The notes: generated from the letters alone by a model not told the origin. Positions 27,595 to 37,364 are shown, counted from the first letter of the stretch. The stretch is DNA of 58,127 bases from a virus (IMGVR_UViG_3300038406_000088:1-58127); one strand, 5' to 3'. A program made the numbers and translations.

Positions 27595-28157
27595 TGGTGT
27601 TCACCAATGCGAACCCCTTCGCGGGGTACGAACTCGCCGAGCACCTGCGAGACTGCATCGTTCCCTACCTTGAGGGCACGACCACCGGCCTGCCCGGTCG
27701 GGTGTGCATCACGACGGGGCAAATCGCCTGGGACGACTGCGAGTGCGGGCAGCTCGTTGTCTCGCTTGACAGGCCGTACGAGTCGGGCACGTTCCCGAAT
27801 CCCTGGGATGCGACGGAGAACGCAGGCACGCGCAAGTGCGGTGCTCCGCTGTTCGTGTTCCAGTACACGGTGTCAATGCTCCGGTGCTCACCGACCGGTG
27901 ACGACATGGGGAACCCTCCCCCGTGCTCTGAGGTCGACGCAGCGGCGCGCGTGGCTATCGAGGACGCGTGGGCGGTACGGGCCGGACTCATGTGCTGCCT
28001 ATGCGCGGGCTCCACGCGTACTGACGGGGTGAAGCTGTTCGACCGGTACACGATCGGTCCTCAAATCATGGTGGGGCCTATGGGAGGCTGCCAGGGCTCC
28101 GCGGTCACGGTGCAGATCGGTGTGCCCAACGGCGGATACCCTTGCGATATCAGTTAG
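27594..28157 (+). CDS. head-tail connector protein (putative), Cys-rich
   Basis: Position, with an ATGA-type overlap. Confidence 0.4.
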   Translation: MVFTNANPFAGYELAEHLRDCIVPYLEGTTTGLPGRVCITTGQIAWDDCECGQLVVSLDRPYESGTFPNPWDATENAGTRKCGAPLFVFQYTVSMLRCSPTGDDMGNPPPCSEVDAAARVAIEDAWAVRAGLMCCLCAGSTRTDGVKLFDRYTIGPQIMVGPMGGCQGSAVTVQIGVPNGGYPCDIS

Positions 28158-28164
28158 GGGCGTC

Positions 28165-28500
28165 ATGGCGACATCAAAGGTTCGGCATTCAACCAATTAC
28201 GGGAACATCCGCGTACTGATGACCTCTCCGACTTCCGGTGTCGTGATGAACCTACGCGCTCGCGCGCTCGCCACGCAGGCAGCCGCTAAGCGCCGACTCA
28301 ACTCCGATCCGCGTCGCATCGATACGGGACTGCTGGTGAACTCCATTCAGATTCGGGAGTACATCCGAAACGGTGCTATTGTTGATCGGATCGGTACCGA
28401 TGTCGAGTATGCCAACTACGTGCACCAAGGCACTCGGTACATGGAGCCCAACCCGTTCCTGGTTGACGGACTTCGGGAAGGCTTCACGCAGTTTTCCTAG
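28165..28500 (+). CDS. HK97 gp10-like tail/neck protein
   Basis: YANYVHQGT motif. Sits before the chaperone genes. Confidence 0.55.
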   Translation: MATSKVRHSTNYGNIRVLMTSPTSGVVMNLRARALATQAAAKRRLNSDPRRIDTGLLVNSIQIREYIRNGAIVDRIGTDVEYANYVHQGTRYMEPNPFLVDGLREGFTQFS

Positions 28501-28512
28501 AAAGGTGACATC

Positions 28513-28845
28513 ATGACTCGTAAGAGCTTTACCACTCGCAAAGACCGCATCGATTTCGACATCGATGAAGAGGTGTTCTACCTCCGGCCGAACGTTTCCG
28601 CAGGTCAGATGTTCAACGTGTCGTCCCTCAAGGGCAAGATGGACGCGGCGATGGGTGACCCCGACAGCAACGCGGGAAAAGTGCTCATGCAGGAACTCAG
28701 GGAAGTCTTCGAAGAGGAATCGTTCAATCGATTCGAACGGCGATTTTGGGGCGAGTACGGACCCATCGATATCCAGACGTTCAATGAAATCATCGAATGG
28801 ATCTTCGGCGAAGCACTGGGAAAAGAGCCTACCCCGCAGTCCTAG
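28513..28845 (+). CDS. tail assembly chaperone (G-like, unshifted product)
   Basis: Sits before the tape measure gene and contains a slippery heptamer near its 3' end. Confidence 0.7.
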   Translation: MTRKSFTTRKDRIDFDIDEEVFYLRPNVSAGQMFNVSSLKGKMDAAMGDPDSNAGKVLMQELREVFEEESFNRFERRFWGEYGPIDIQTFNEIIEWIFGEALGKEPTPQS

Positions 28846-29225
28846 CACTGACGGACCTTGTTCTGAGTGAGAAGGTCTGGCCTGTTTTCGACGGTTGGTG
28901 CGCCTCCCGAGGTATCGACCATGAGGATATGCGTTGGGATCGATGGCTCAACCTGGTGTACTACTTCGCCACCCGGAACGCCTCAACCGAGGACAAAGAG
29001 AAGTTCGACGCGGCGATTGCCGAACAGGTAGCGGAGTGGAATCTACGGAAGTCGCAACCTGCTATCGCCAAGGCACTTGCGGCTCCGAAGAGTGGGAAAC
29101 CGGAACGCAAGCGCGCGCCGAAACCCGCATGGTATGGCGACGACAAGACGAACACCTTCAATTCGAAGGCTGCAATGGCGACGTTGACCGCACCGGGAGT
29201 GAGCGGCAGGAGACGCGGGAAATAG
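28513..29225 (+). CDS. tail assembly chaperone, -1 frameshift fusion (G-T-like)
   Basis: A -1 slip at G_GGA_AAA (28818-28824) joins frame 1 to the frame-3 ORF ending at 29225. Confidence 0.65.
28590..28609 (+). repeat. 20-nt exact repeat GAACGTTTCCGCAGGTCAGA (copy A)
   Basis: Identical to 42006-42025. A 15-nt core recurs at 40302-40316, and a 16-nt copy lies inverted at 40240-40255. Confidence 0.9.
28818..28824 (+). promoter_or_regulatory. -1 programmed ribosomal frameshift slippery site GGGAAAA
   Basis: X_XXY_YYZ phasing was checked by hand against frame 1 (CTG GGA AAA). Confidence 0.65.
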
Positions 29226-29268
29226 GCGGTACACTGTGAGCGCAGGTTAACGGGGTTGAGGTGCGGTA

Positions 29269-31734
29269 ATGGCTGGTCCGCTCGATGAAGCGTTTGTCGA
29301 GATCACTGCCGAGCTTGACACTCGGCAACTACAGCGTGCCGCGCGGTCCGCCAGCCGCACTGTTGAGCGGTCGCTCACACGAGGTGTTGACCGCGCCGAG
29401 AGGTCGATTGCACGGGGCAGCGGGCGAATCGGGTCACAGGCCGGTGAAGATTTCGGCGACGGGTTCGGTTCCGGACTACGCGACACGTTGTCGTCTATTG
29501 CTGACATTAAGCTTCCGGTACCAGCTTTTGCCGCATTGGGCCTCGCACTCTCCGCCGCAGCGGCATCCGCCGTGCAGTTCGCAGCCGCGTTGGCACCTGC
29601 GGTAGGCATCGTGGCGGCGTTGCCGTCCGGCATCGGCGTGCTATCCGCAGGGCTGTCTACGCTCAATGTAGCGACGCTCGGAGTAGGGGAAGCATTCGAG
29701 GCAGCGGCCACGGGCAGCGCCGAAGAGTTTCAAGAAGCCATCGAGGATATGGCACCTGCGGTGCAGGATGCCGCTCAGGCCATCCGGGACATGATGCCGG
29801 AACTTGAAGAGCTACGCGACACCGTACAGGATGCGTTCTTTCAGGACTTTGATGATGTTCTGAACTCGCTTGCGGAGACGCTGCTTGGTCCGGTCACCAC
29901 AGGCATGACCGCAGTCGCCACCGAAGCCAACGGCGTCATTACCGCCCTTGCGGGCGTGGCAACCTCGGCGCAGGGTATCGAGTTCGTCAATCAGAGCTTT
30001 GACATCATGGCGACGATCCTTGCCCAGATGCAGGAGCCACTGACGGCGCTATTCGCCGCGTTGCTGAACGTCGGTACCGCGCTCAATGCGGCGTTCGGGG
30101 ATACCGCAGGGCAGGGCATCGCCGACGTGACAACACGGTTCGCGGAGTTCTTGAACCAAGCCGCCGACTCTGGGCAAGCCGTAGCGTGGGTGAGCGACGC
30201 TCTCGCCGTGTTCCAGGCGATCGGCGATATCCTCTCCCCGATCATCGGTATCATCGGGTCGATCGGTGCCGCTGCGCAGGCAACCGGCGGCAACATCCTC
30301 GGTGTGTTCGGGCAGGCCCTACAGGTCTTCGATGACTTTCTCGCATCGGCGCAAGGGCAGTCGGCGCTGATCTCGATCTTCGAGGCGCTGAACCAGGTGG
30401 GAGCGGCGTTCGGTACCGTCCTGGCGAACATCGCCCCGGCATTGCCCCCGCTTTTCAGCGGTTTGTCTAGTATTCTCAGTGCGGTTATCCCCCTCCTGGG
30501 ACCTTTGTCTAAATTGGTCGGTTCTGTCCTAGGTGCGCTTGCGCCCATTCTTGGCGCGGTTGCATCTGCCATTCAGCCGCTCATCGGACCTTTGACAAAA
30601 GTGCTTGATCTGCTTGGACCGATCCTTGTTGACGCGATTACGGCGCTTATGCCGATTATCGAGCTACTTGCCGATTTGCTCGGCGGTGTGCTAGGTGTCG
30701 CAATTGAGCTAGTTGCATCCGTTTTGGAGGCACTAGCCCCGGTTATCTCTGCTGTACTCGAAGCGCTGCAGCCTTTGATCGAGTCACTAGAACCGCTATT
30801 TCAGGTGCTCGGCGTTGTCGCAGATCTGATCGGTACTGTCCTTGGCCCGATCATTCAGGTACTCGGCGCTGGCTTGCTGTGGCTTGTAGATAACGTGATT
30901 ATCCCGTTTGTGATCCCCGTGATTGAACTGCTGATCAACCTACTTGCGGCTGGCCTCGGAGCAACGATTCAATGGGTAGTTCAGCAGTTCCAGGGGGCAG
31001 GCGAAGGACTAGCGGTTATCTTCAACTTCATCCGCGAGGCCGGGCAGGTGCAAGTTGATGCCATGATTGCCGCTTGGCGTGTGTTGAGTACGTCTTTCCA
31101 AGTGGCGTGGAGCGTTATCAACGCTCGGGTGTTCACCCCGCTCAAAAACGGGATCAACACGGTTAAAAGCGTCGTTTCGGCTGCTCTGTCTGGTATCCGG
31201 TCGAGTTGGGACAGCTTCGTCAGCTTCATCAAGGGCATCCCGGGCAAGATCAGCGGCGCACTCAGCAGCATGTTCTCACCTCTGGCGACGGGGTTCAAAT
31301 CCGCTATCAACTCAGTCATTCGCGGGTGGAACAGCCTGTCGTTCTCGGTCCCCTCGGTCGACCTCGGACCGCTCGGCAGCGTAGGCGGCTTCACTGTCTC
31401 GACACCGAACATCCCGCTACTTGCCTCTGGCGCACTGGCGACGGGGCCGACCCTGGCCATGGTCGGCGAAGGCCGGTTCAATGAGGCGATCCTTCCGCTA
31501 GGCGACCCGCGCGTAGACAGCTTGCTTGCTTCGGCATTGAGCCGTGCAGGAGCCGGTAACCAGGACGCGCGCGGCGGTGGAGACACGATCAATGCCACAG
31601 GTGTCAGCGGTGACAATTACTTCGTAGTGAAGATCGGCGATCGGGAGATTACTGATATCGTTGTGGAGAAGCAGAACGAGATGAACCGCAACCAACTGCG
31701 CAGGGCTCGCGCGGGTACCGGAAGGCTCGCATAA
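29269..31734 (+). CDS. tape measure protein
   Basis: 821 aa, Ala/Gly/Leu-rich with internal periodic repeats, following the frameshifted chaperones. Confidence 0.85.
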   Translation: MAGPLDEAFVEITAELDTRQLQRAARSASRTVERSLTRGVDRAERSIARGSGRIGSQAGEDFGDGFGSGLRDTLSSIADIKLPVPAFAALGLALSAAAASAVQFAAALAPAVGIVAALPSGIGVLSAGLSTLNVATLGVGEAFEAAATGSAEEFQEAIEDMAPAVQDAAQAIRDMMPELEELRDTVQDAFFQDFDDVLNSLAETLLGPVTTGMTAVATEANGVITALAGVATSAQGIEFVNQSFDIMATILAQMQEPLTALFAALLNVGTALNAAFGDTAGQGIADVTTRFAEFLNQAADSGQAVAWVSDALAVFQAIGDILSPIIGIIGSIGAAAQATGGNILGVFGQALQVFDDFLASAQGQSALISIFEALNQVGAAFGTVLANIAPALPPLFSGLSSILSAVIPLLGPLSKLVGSVLGALAPILGAVASAIQPLIGPLTKVLDLLGPILVDAITALMPIIELLADLLGGVLGVAIELVASVLEALAPVISAVLEALQPLIESLEPLFQVLGVVADLIGTVLGPIIQVLGAGLLWLVDNVIIPFVIPVIELLINLLAAGLGATIQWVVQQFQGAGEGLAVIFNFIREAGQVQVDAMIAAWRVLSTSFQVAWSVINARVFTPLKNGINTVKSVVSAALSGIRSSWDSFVSFIKGIPGKISGALSSMFSPLATGFKSAINSVIRGWNSLSFSVPSVDLGPLGSVGGFTVSTPNIPLLASGALATGPTLAMVGEGRFNEAILPLGDPRVDSLLASALSRAGAGNQDARGGGDTINATGVSGDNYFVVKIGDREITDIVVEKQNEMNRNQLRRARAGTGRLA

Positions 31735-33839
31735 TGGCTACGTTGACCGCACAGTACTTGCCAAGCTTGGGACGTGTCCGGCTTACCCTCGGTGCTCCGA
31801 CTCCGAACATCAGGTACCAGCTCCAACGCTCTACTGACGGTGGCACCACGTGGGTTGACGTGCGCGGCGGGTCCGGCATGGGCACGCAAGGCGTCACTGC
31901 CGTAGACGACTACGAGTACACGCCGAACGCCGATAACCTGTACCGCGTGCTAGAGCCGGTCTTCTACGACTCATTCAACCGCGCATATCCAAATGGAGGC
32001 ACGCTCGAACTGACCGGCTCTGCGACCAGCTATGCCAGCACGCCGGACGCTGCCTCACTGGACCTCACAGGAGATCTTGACATCCGCGTTGATGCCACGA
32101 TGACGTGGCACAGCATGACCAGTACGCTACTCGGTAAGTATGTTACTACCGGCAATCAGCGCTCATACCGAATGGTCATCATCCCCGAAGGAAAGATCCG
32201 ACTCGTCTACTCCACGGATGGATCTAACGCGTTCCTGTTCACCTCAACCGTACCTGTGCCTATCACGCAGGGGCGACTTGCCGTTAGGGTCACGCTTGAC
32301 GTAGACAATGGGGCCGGTGGGCACACGGCTACCTTCTATACGTCCGTAGGCGGTGTGGACAACGGATGGGTGCAGCTCGGAACTCCAGTAACCAGTGCTG
32401 GCACGCTTACGCTATTTTCGGGTACGGCACCGCTAGAGGTTGGATCAAGTACCAACGGTACACAGAACCTGTTGACAGGGCAGGTGCACGCGGCGCAGCT
32501 TCGTTCCAGTATCGGCGGAACCGTTGTCGCGAACCCTGATTTTTCTGCACAGGCTCCCGGAACCGTCAACTTCGTTGACTCAACCGGCAAGACCTGGACG
32601 GTACACGCAGGTGCATCCATCATCACGATCGCACCGGTACCCGGTACCGACTGGGGTACCACAGACACCGGGCAAGCCTGGAACACCGGCACCTCTTCCA
32701 GCGGTTTCGCGGCGTGGGTGAACAACGGCGTTGGCGTAGTCCGGAGCACGCAGCCGAACGGACACATCGTTGAGCAGTTGACCGATGCCATCCCCGGACT
32801 AGAAGATGGCGATCTCACTTGGTCCGCAATCTTCCCCGGTTCACATGATTCCATGGACGTATCGGTCGAATGGGGCGCGGGGCTCAGGTCTACCGACTTC
32901 GCCAACATGTACGAATCGAACCTGCGGTTTCGCACCGAAGCTGATGACTTCGCGGTTGAGCTGAGTATCGGGAAGTTCGTCGCGGACGTATACACGCAAC
33001 TGGGAACCGCCACGGTCGGCATTTGGACCCCTGGCATCCCGTGGCATGTACGTTTTCGCGTGCAGGGGACCAGTCTTGCGGCGAAGGCGTGGCATGAAGG
33101 CGGCAGCGAGCCTTCCAACTGGACTGTGTTCGTAACCGATACTTCTATCGTTGCTGGTACCGCTGTGAACATGCGGTCTTTCAAGGCCAGCGGTGACGCG
33201 TTCGAGCAGTGGTTTGGGCCGATGTCGGCCGATACGATCCCGCCGACTGTCGGTGCCACGGCTGCAATCACCCCGACGCAGCTAGAGACGTTTCTCAAGT
33301 CGATCACGTACCCGCTCTTGAACCGGGAACTGGATTGCGTGAACTGGGATGCTCTCAGCCGTGACTCGCGTGCGGGATTCTTCGACATCAAAGGGCGTCA
33401 CGAGATCCTGGCGATCGCCGACGTGGGATCATCCGGATCGTTCACGCTGACGTTCGCTACGGAGGATGACGCCACGCTTCGCGGTGTGCGCTCACTGCTG
33501 ACGTACGGGGGCATCCTGTACCTGCAACCACCGGGCGACGTTGAGGAGGACTGCCCCACCGATTACTCCGGCATTCCTGACGGGTACGTGATGTGGGACG
33601 GGCACGAGGAGCGGCACTCACTGCCGGGAACGAACATCAGGGGTTGGAGCGTCGGCTTCGTGCGGGTGGCCGCTGTAGACCTGAACGGCGTCATCCCCAC
33701 TACCATCACGTGGCAAATGCTTTGGGACATGATCGGAGCAGACGGCACCTGGGAAGACGTGTGGGCCACGTGGCCGACCTGGCAAGATCTTTGGCTAGAA
33801 GAGGGTAGCGCGAGCTCGTTCGGGGGGGAAGTGCTGTGA
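31734..33839 (+). CDS. minor tail protein with a LamG/concanavalin-like segment
   Basis: Position after the tape measure gene. The lectin-like segment is at about aa 90-200. Confidence 0.6.
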   Translation: MATLTAQYLPSLGRVRLTLGAPTPNIRYQLQRSTDGGTTWVDVRGGSGMGTQGVTAVDDYEYTPNADNLYRVLEPVFYDSFNRAYPNGGTLELTGSATSYASTPDAASLDLTGDLDIRVDATMTWHSMTSTLLGKYVTTGNQRSYRMVIIPEGKIRLVYSTDGSNAFLFTSTVPVPITQGRLAVRVTLDVDNGAGGHTATFYTSVGGVDNGWVQLGTPVTSAGTLTLFSGTAPLEVGSSTNGTQNLLTGQVHAAQLRSSIGGTVVANPDFSAQAPGTVNFVDSTGKTWTVHAGASIITIAPVPGTDWGTTDTGQAWNTGTSSSGFAAWVNNGVGVVRSTQPNGHIVEQLTDAIPGLEDGDLTWSAIFPGSHDSMDVSVEWGAGLRSTDFANMYESNLRFRTEADDFAVELSIGKFVADVYTQLGTATVGIWTPGIPWHVRFRVQGTSLAAKAWHEGGSEPSNWTVFVTDTSIVAGTAVNMRSFKASGDAFEQWFGPMSADTIPPTVGATAAITPTQLETFLKSITYPLLNRELDCVNWDALSRDSRAGFFDIKGRHEILAIADVGSSGSFTLTFATEDDATLRGVRSLLTYGGILYLQPPGDVEEDCPTDYSGIPDGYVMWDGHEERHSLPGTNIRGWSVGFVRVAAVDLNGVIPTTITWQMLWDMIGADGTWEDVWATWPTWQDLWLEEGSASSFGGEVL

Positions 33840-34786
33840 CCGACAGGACCAATAACGACCTGGCGGCGTTGCTGACGCCAGCGCCTTCGCGCGGTGTCCA
33901 GTTCAGTCAGGCGAAAGTACTCACCTGGAATAATGAGACGCTGCACAACACCTTGGAATGGCGCGGCATCACGATTACCGACGTTCCGATCGTAGAGGGT
34001 ATCAACGCGCTCGTGATCCGGCCGGGTGATGTCGTCGGTATGCTCGGGTGGGCCCCTGAGAACGCCAAGGGTGTCGGTACCTGGTGGATTCTCGGGAAGC
34101 TCTCCAATCCCGGTGAGTTCGTTGCCGATCTGAATGTCACTGCTAAACTATTTACGTTCGTCACCGAAGACGGATACCCACTTGCCTTCTTCGGGAAAGA
34201 ACTCGACGGCGATCCCGCGTGGGCACTATTCTACGGCGGTATTGACGAGCAGCGCGCTTTGACCATTCTCAATGGCGAATCGCTGTACGCGCACTACCGT
34301 GACGGCACTGTCGCGTGGAGAATTCAAGGGACGCTAGGTAGCCAGTTCTTCGCCATCAACGACGAGTCTGGCAACGAAGTGTTCTCTACGGATGGAGCAA
34401 GCCAGACCGGTCTAGCGCGTCCTTACCTGAACATCCCTATGACACCCTCTTCTGGAACGTCTGTTGTCATCGGTGGCCCATTCTGGCCTGCGTTCACTAA
34501 CGTGAACTACCAGGAGGTGTTCCACGGGTTCAGCACGATTTGGCATCCGCGCATCTCTGTCGGCGTACAGCAGAGCGTCACGGCCGGTACCGTGGAATGG
34601 CAGCTTCGTCTTGACGGTGTTACGGCTGGGTCCGGCTCGGGTGGTACAAACGCCACGTTCAACGTGCCGGGGTGGGGGTCCACTACCAACCCTGGCGCTT
34701 TGCGTTCAGTGCAGCTCTTCGCCCGGAACACCTCAGGGACACAGTCGCGTGTGAACGTCGATCGCTGCTACGGATTGCAGTCGTAA
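33836..34786 (+). CDS. minor tail protein
   Basis: Position, with a 4-nt overlap. Confidence 0.55.
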   Translation: MTDRTNNDLAALLTPAPSRGVQFSQAKVLTWNNETLHNTLEWRGITITDVPIVEGINALVIRPGDVVGMLGWAPENAKGVGTWWILGKLSNPGEFVADLNVTAKLFTFVTEDGYPLAFFGKELDGDPAWALFYGGIDEQRALTILNGESLYAHYRDGTVAWRIQGTLGSQFFAINDESGNEVFSTDGASQTGLARPYLNIPMTPSSGTSVVIGGPFWPAFTNVNYQEVFHGFSTIWHPRISVGVQQSVTAGTVEWQLRLDGVTAGSGSGGTNATFNVPGWGSTTNPGALRSVQLFARNTSGTQSRVNVDRCYGLQS

Positions 34787-35898
34787 TGGTCACCGCTGCC
34801 GACTTCGCAGAGCTTATCGCCGGATCCCATACCGCGCGTTTCCGCGCCACGCTCGTTGAGGGGTACCAGACCGGAAGCGATCCTTCCGGCCTGGCGGTTC
34901 GTGTCGTCAGCGGCGGGGTCGAATTCGACGCTTCGGCCGACATTCGAGCCACAGGCGGCGTGACTGTCGTGCAGGAATGGCCTACCGCTCGTGACCTGGG
35001 CTTCGCGCCGTACGGCAGTGAGGTGTTTCTCGCTCGTGGGGTCGAGACCGGTGCGGCGGGCGTGCTGTGGGCACCGCTCGGGTACTACCGGATCAGTGCC
35101 ACCACACAGTCTGATGCGGCCCGTGGCCCACTGTCGTTGGACCTTGAGGATCGCATGGCAACGATCATCGACAGCCGGTTCATGTCGCCGCGCCAGTGGC
35201 TCACTGGCACGCTGGTAGGCGACATCATCGATGAGGTTGTTCTTGAGGTGTACCCGGATGCGGTGATCGTCTGGGATGACGACTCCGATCAATCACAACT
35301 CGGACGCTCGTTGATCGCGGAGGAGTCTCGTCTAGAGATCATCAAGACGTTGGCTGACGGGCTTGGTAAAATCTTCTATTGGGATGAGATCGGGCGTCTC
35401 GTTTTCAAAGACATTCCCTCTGAAACAGACATCATCTGGACAGTGAACGCCGGTCATGACGGGGTCATGGTTGAGGCCAACCGGTCGCTGTCGCGAGAAC
35501 GCGTCTACAACGCGGTCGTTGTCACCGGTGAAGGTGCGGACCAACTCACCCCGGTTCGCGCGGTGTCTGTCAACGCTCAGGAGTCGAGCCCTACCTTCTT
35601 TGGTGGTCCGTTCGGGCGGATACCGCGCTTCTACTCTTCGTCGTTCATCACCACGCAGTCGCAGGCCGAAAACGCGGCGGTCAACCTCCTGCGGCAGACG
35701 CTCGGCGCACCGTACGATGTCGGCCTGTCTGCGGTACCCAACCCTGCCGTAAGACCGTATGACGTGATTCGAGTGGTGTACAACGACGGCACGCGGGAGA
35801 CGCACATCGTTGACCGCGCGTCGATTCCCTTCGATGTGTCATCTCCGATCGCGATCGCCACTCGGCAATCTACCATCATCCACGTGGGGGTTCTCTAA
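34786..35898 (+). CDS. minor tail protein
   Basis: TAATG overlap. Start at MVTAADFAEL. Confidence 0.55.
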   Translation: MVTAADFAELIAGSHTARFRATLVEGYQTGSDPSGLAVRVVSGGVEFDASADIRATGGVTVVQEWPTARDLGFAPYGSEVFLARGVETGAAGVLWAPLGYYRISATTQSDAARGPLSLDLEDRMATIIDSRFMSPRQWLTGTLVGDIIDEVVLEVYPDAVIVWDDDSDQSQLGRSLIAEESRLEIIKTLADGLGKIFYWDEIGRLVFKDIPSETDIIWTVNAGHDGVMVEANRSLSRERVYNAVVVTGEGADQLTPVRAVSVNAQESSPTFFGGPFGRIPRFYSSSFITTQSQAENAAVNLLRQTLGAPYDVGLSAVPNPAVRPYDVIRVVYNDGTRETHIVDRASIPFDVSSPIAIATRQSTIIHVGVL

Positions 35899-36449
35899 TG
35901 CCTATGACACCGACGTACGGGTTCGAGTACGAAACCCCGTTGACGAAGCCGGGAATCACGCTGACGGGTGACTCGGACGGATCGTCACCGATTCTTGCTG
36001 AACAAGTTGAGACTGCGCTTGCTGGCATCGACGCGCGTCTCGCTTCGGCCGAAGGTGACATCGCTGCACTGCAAGCTGTGTCGCCGAGCGATACCGGTTG
36101 GATTGCGCTGGGTGTTACCGCAGGTAGCGGCTACTCGGTGACTACGAACCTCTATCGTAGATGGGGACCGGTCGTTTCGATCCTCATCAACCTGGAGCGC
36201 ACCGGCGGTGCCTTTGCGGCCAACAGCCAGGGCGGCATCGCCGATACCACGATTTGCACGATCAGCACCGCTGAGGCGCGTCCTGACCAGCGGTGTCAAT
36301 GCGTCGCTAGGATCACCTTGACCTCAGGCATGTTGGATATCAACACCACAGGGATTATCACGATCACGGATATGCACTCTGACTCGCTGGTCAACACGAA
36401 CGACATCATCCGCATTCAACACACCTACTTCGTGTCGACGTTCAACTAG
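35898..36449 (+). CDS. minor tail / fibre protein (paralog 1)
   Basis: The N-terminus MPMTPTYGFEYETPLTKPGITLTG..PILAEQVE..L is shared with the next gene. Confidence 0.55.
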   Translation: MPMTPTYGFEYETPLTKPGITLTGDSDGSSPILAEQVETALAGIDARLASAEGDIAALQAVSPSDTGWIALGVTAGSGYSVTTNLYRRWGPVVSILINLERTGGAFAANSQGGIADTTICTISTAEARPDQRCQCVARITLTSGMLDINTTGIITITDMHSDSLVNTNDIIRIQHTYFVSTFN

Positions 36450-36458
36450 GGGATACCG

Positions 36459-36944
36459 ATGCCGAACACGAGCAACTACGGATTCGACTACGAGTCGCCT
36501 ACGTCCCTACCAGGGACAACGCTCACCGGGGGGCCTACCTCATCGCTGCCGATCTTGGCCGTACAGGTGGATGCTGCCCTGGCTGCATTGAACACCACGG
36601 TGGTAGACCAGGCATCGTCGATCGCTGACCTCGATGCACGGATCGACACCAATCAAACGAACATCACGAATCTGACCAACTGGACACGTCACGGTACGGT
36701 GCTCGTCAACTTCACGTCGTCGGGAAGCTTCACGACAGTCGTGAACTTCGGGTTCACGTTCCCTACTGTCCCGGCTGTGGTGACGAACATCGATTCGGGC
36801 GCGGGACCGACAGCACGTTTCGAGACACGAGCAATCACGTTGACGACAACAGGCTTCACGCTCTTCGTGTACTCCAGCGTTGTCGGTGGTACGGCCACAT
36901 GGGTTGACGTTCCTGTGAGCTGGGTTGCTAACTATCGTCCGTAA
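36459..36944 (+). CDS. minor tail / fibre protein (paralog 2)
   Basis: The N-terminus MPNTSNYGFDYESPTSLPGTTLTG..PILAVQVD..L parallels paralog 1. The C-terminus diverges. Confidence 0.55.
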   Translation: MPNTSNYGFDYESPTSLPGTTLTGGPTSSLPILAVQVDAALAALNTTVVDQASSIADLDARIDTNQTNITNLTNWTRHGTVLVNFTSSGSFTTVVNFGFTFPTVPAVVTNIDSGAGPTARFETRAITLTTTGFTLFVYSSVVGGTATWVDVPVSWVANYRP

Positions 36945-37353
36945 GTACCTGACGCTTGCGGCAACGCCATGTGACGGCACAGCTCGCGCATACCTGCCAC
37001 TCCTCATCTTCTGCTGTGATGACGAGGCTTCCCTTACAGACCGGGCACGCGACACGATACCGGAGGCGGATCATCGCGCGCCGCTGCTTGGGCGATAGTC
37101 CACCCCATACGCAGTAGGCAAACCCGCCGTTCATCTGGTCGCTGTCGAGTCCCGCGAGCAGGCATTCACGCCGCACCGGGCACTGCTTACAGAACGCTGC
37201 TGCGGTAGGGCTGACAATGCCGTCGTTGGGATCTGCATCCCATGGGTCGATGCGTGCCGCATATCCGCGACATGCAGCTTTGTTCCGCCAGTCGGGCCGT
37301 GGCACCTTGCTTTCACTAGGTGCCCCTGACAGTTTGTCACCGTGTTGTGTCAA
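36928..37353 (-). CDS. whiB: WhiB-family regulator with a C-terminal zinc-ribbon extension
   Basis: C..CxxCxxxxxC cluster, the VWGG turn, then CPVC...CASC. Confidence 0.7.
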   Translation of the reverse strand: MTQHGDKLSGAPSESKVPRPDWRNKAACRGYAARIDPWDADPNDGIVSPTAAAFCKQCPVRRECLLAGLDSDQMNGGFAYCVWGGLSPKQRRAMIRLRYRVACPVCKGSLVITAEDEEWQVCASCAVTWRCRKRQVLTDDS

Positions 37354-37364
37354 GTTGTTCGCCT

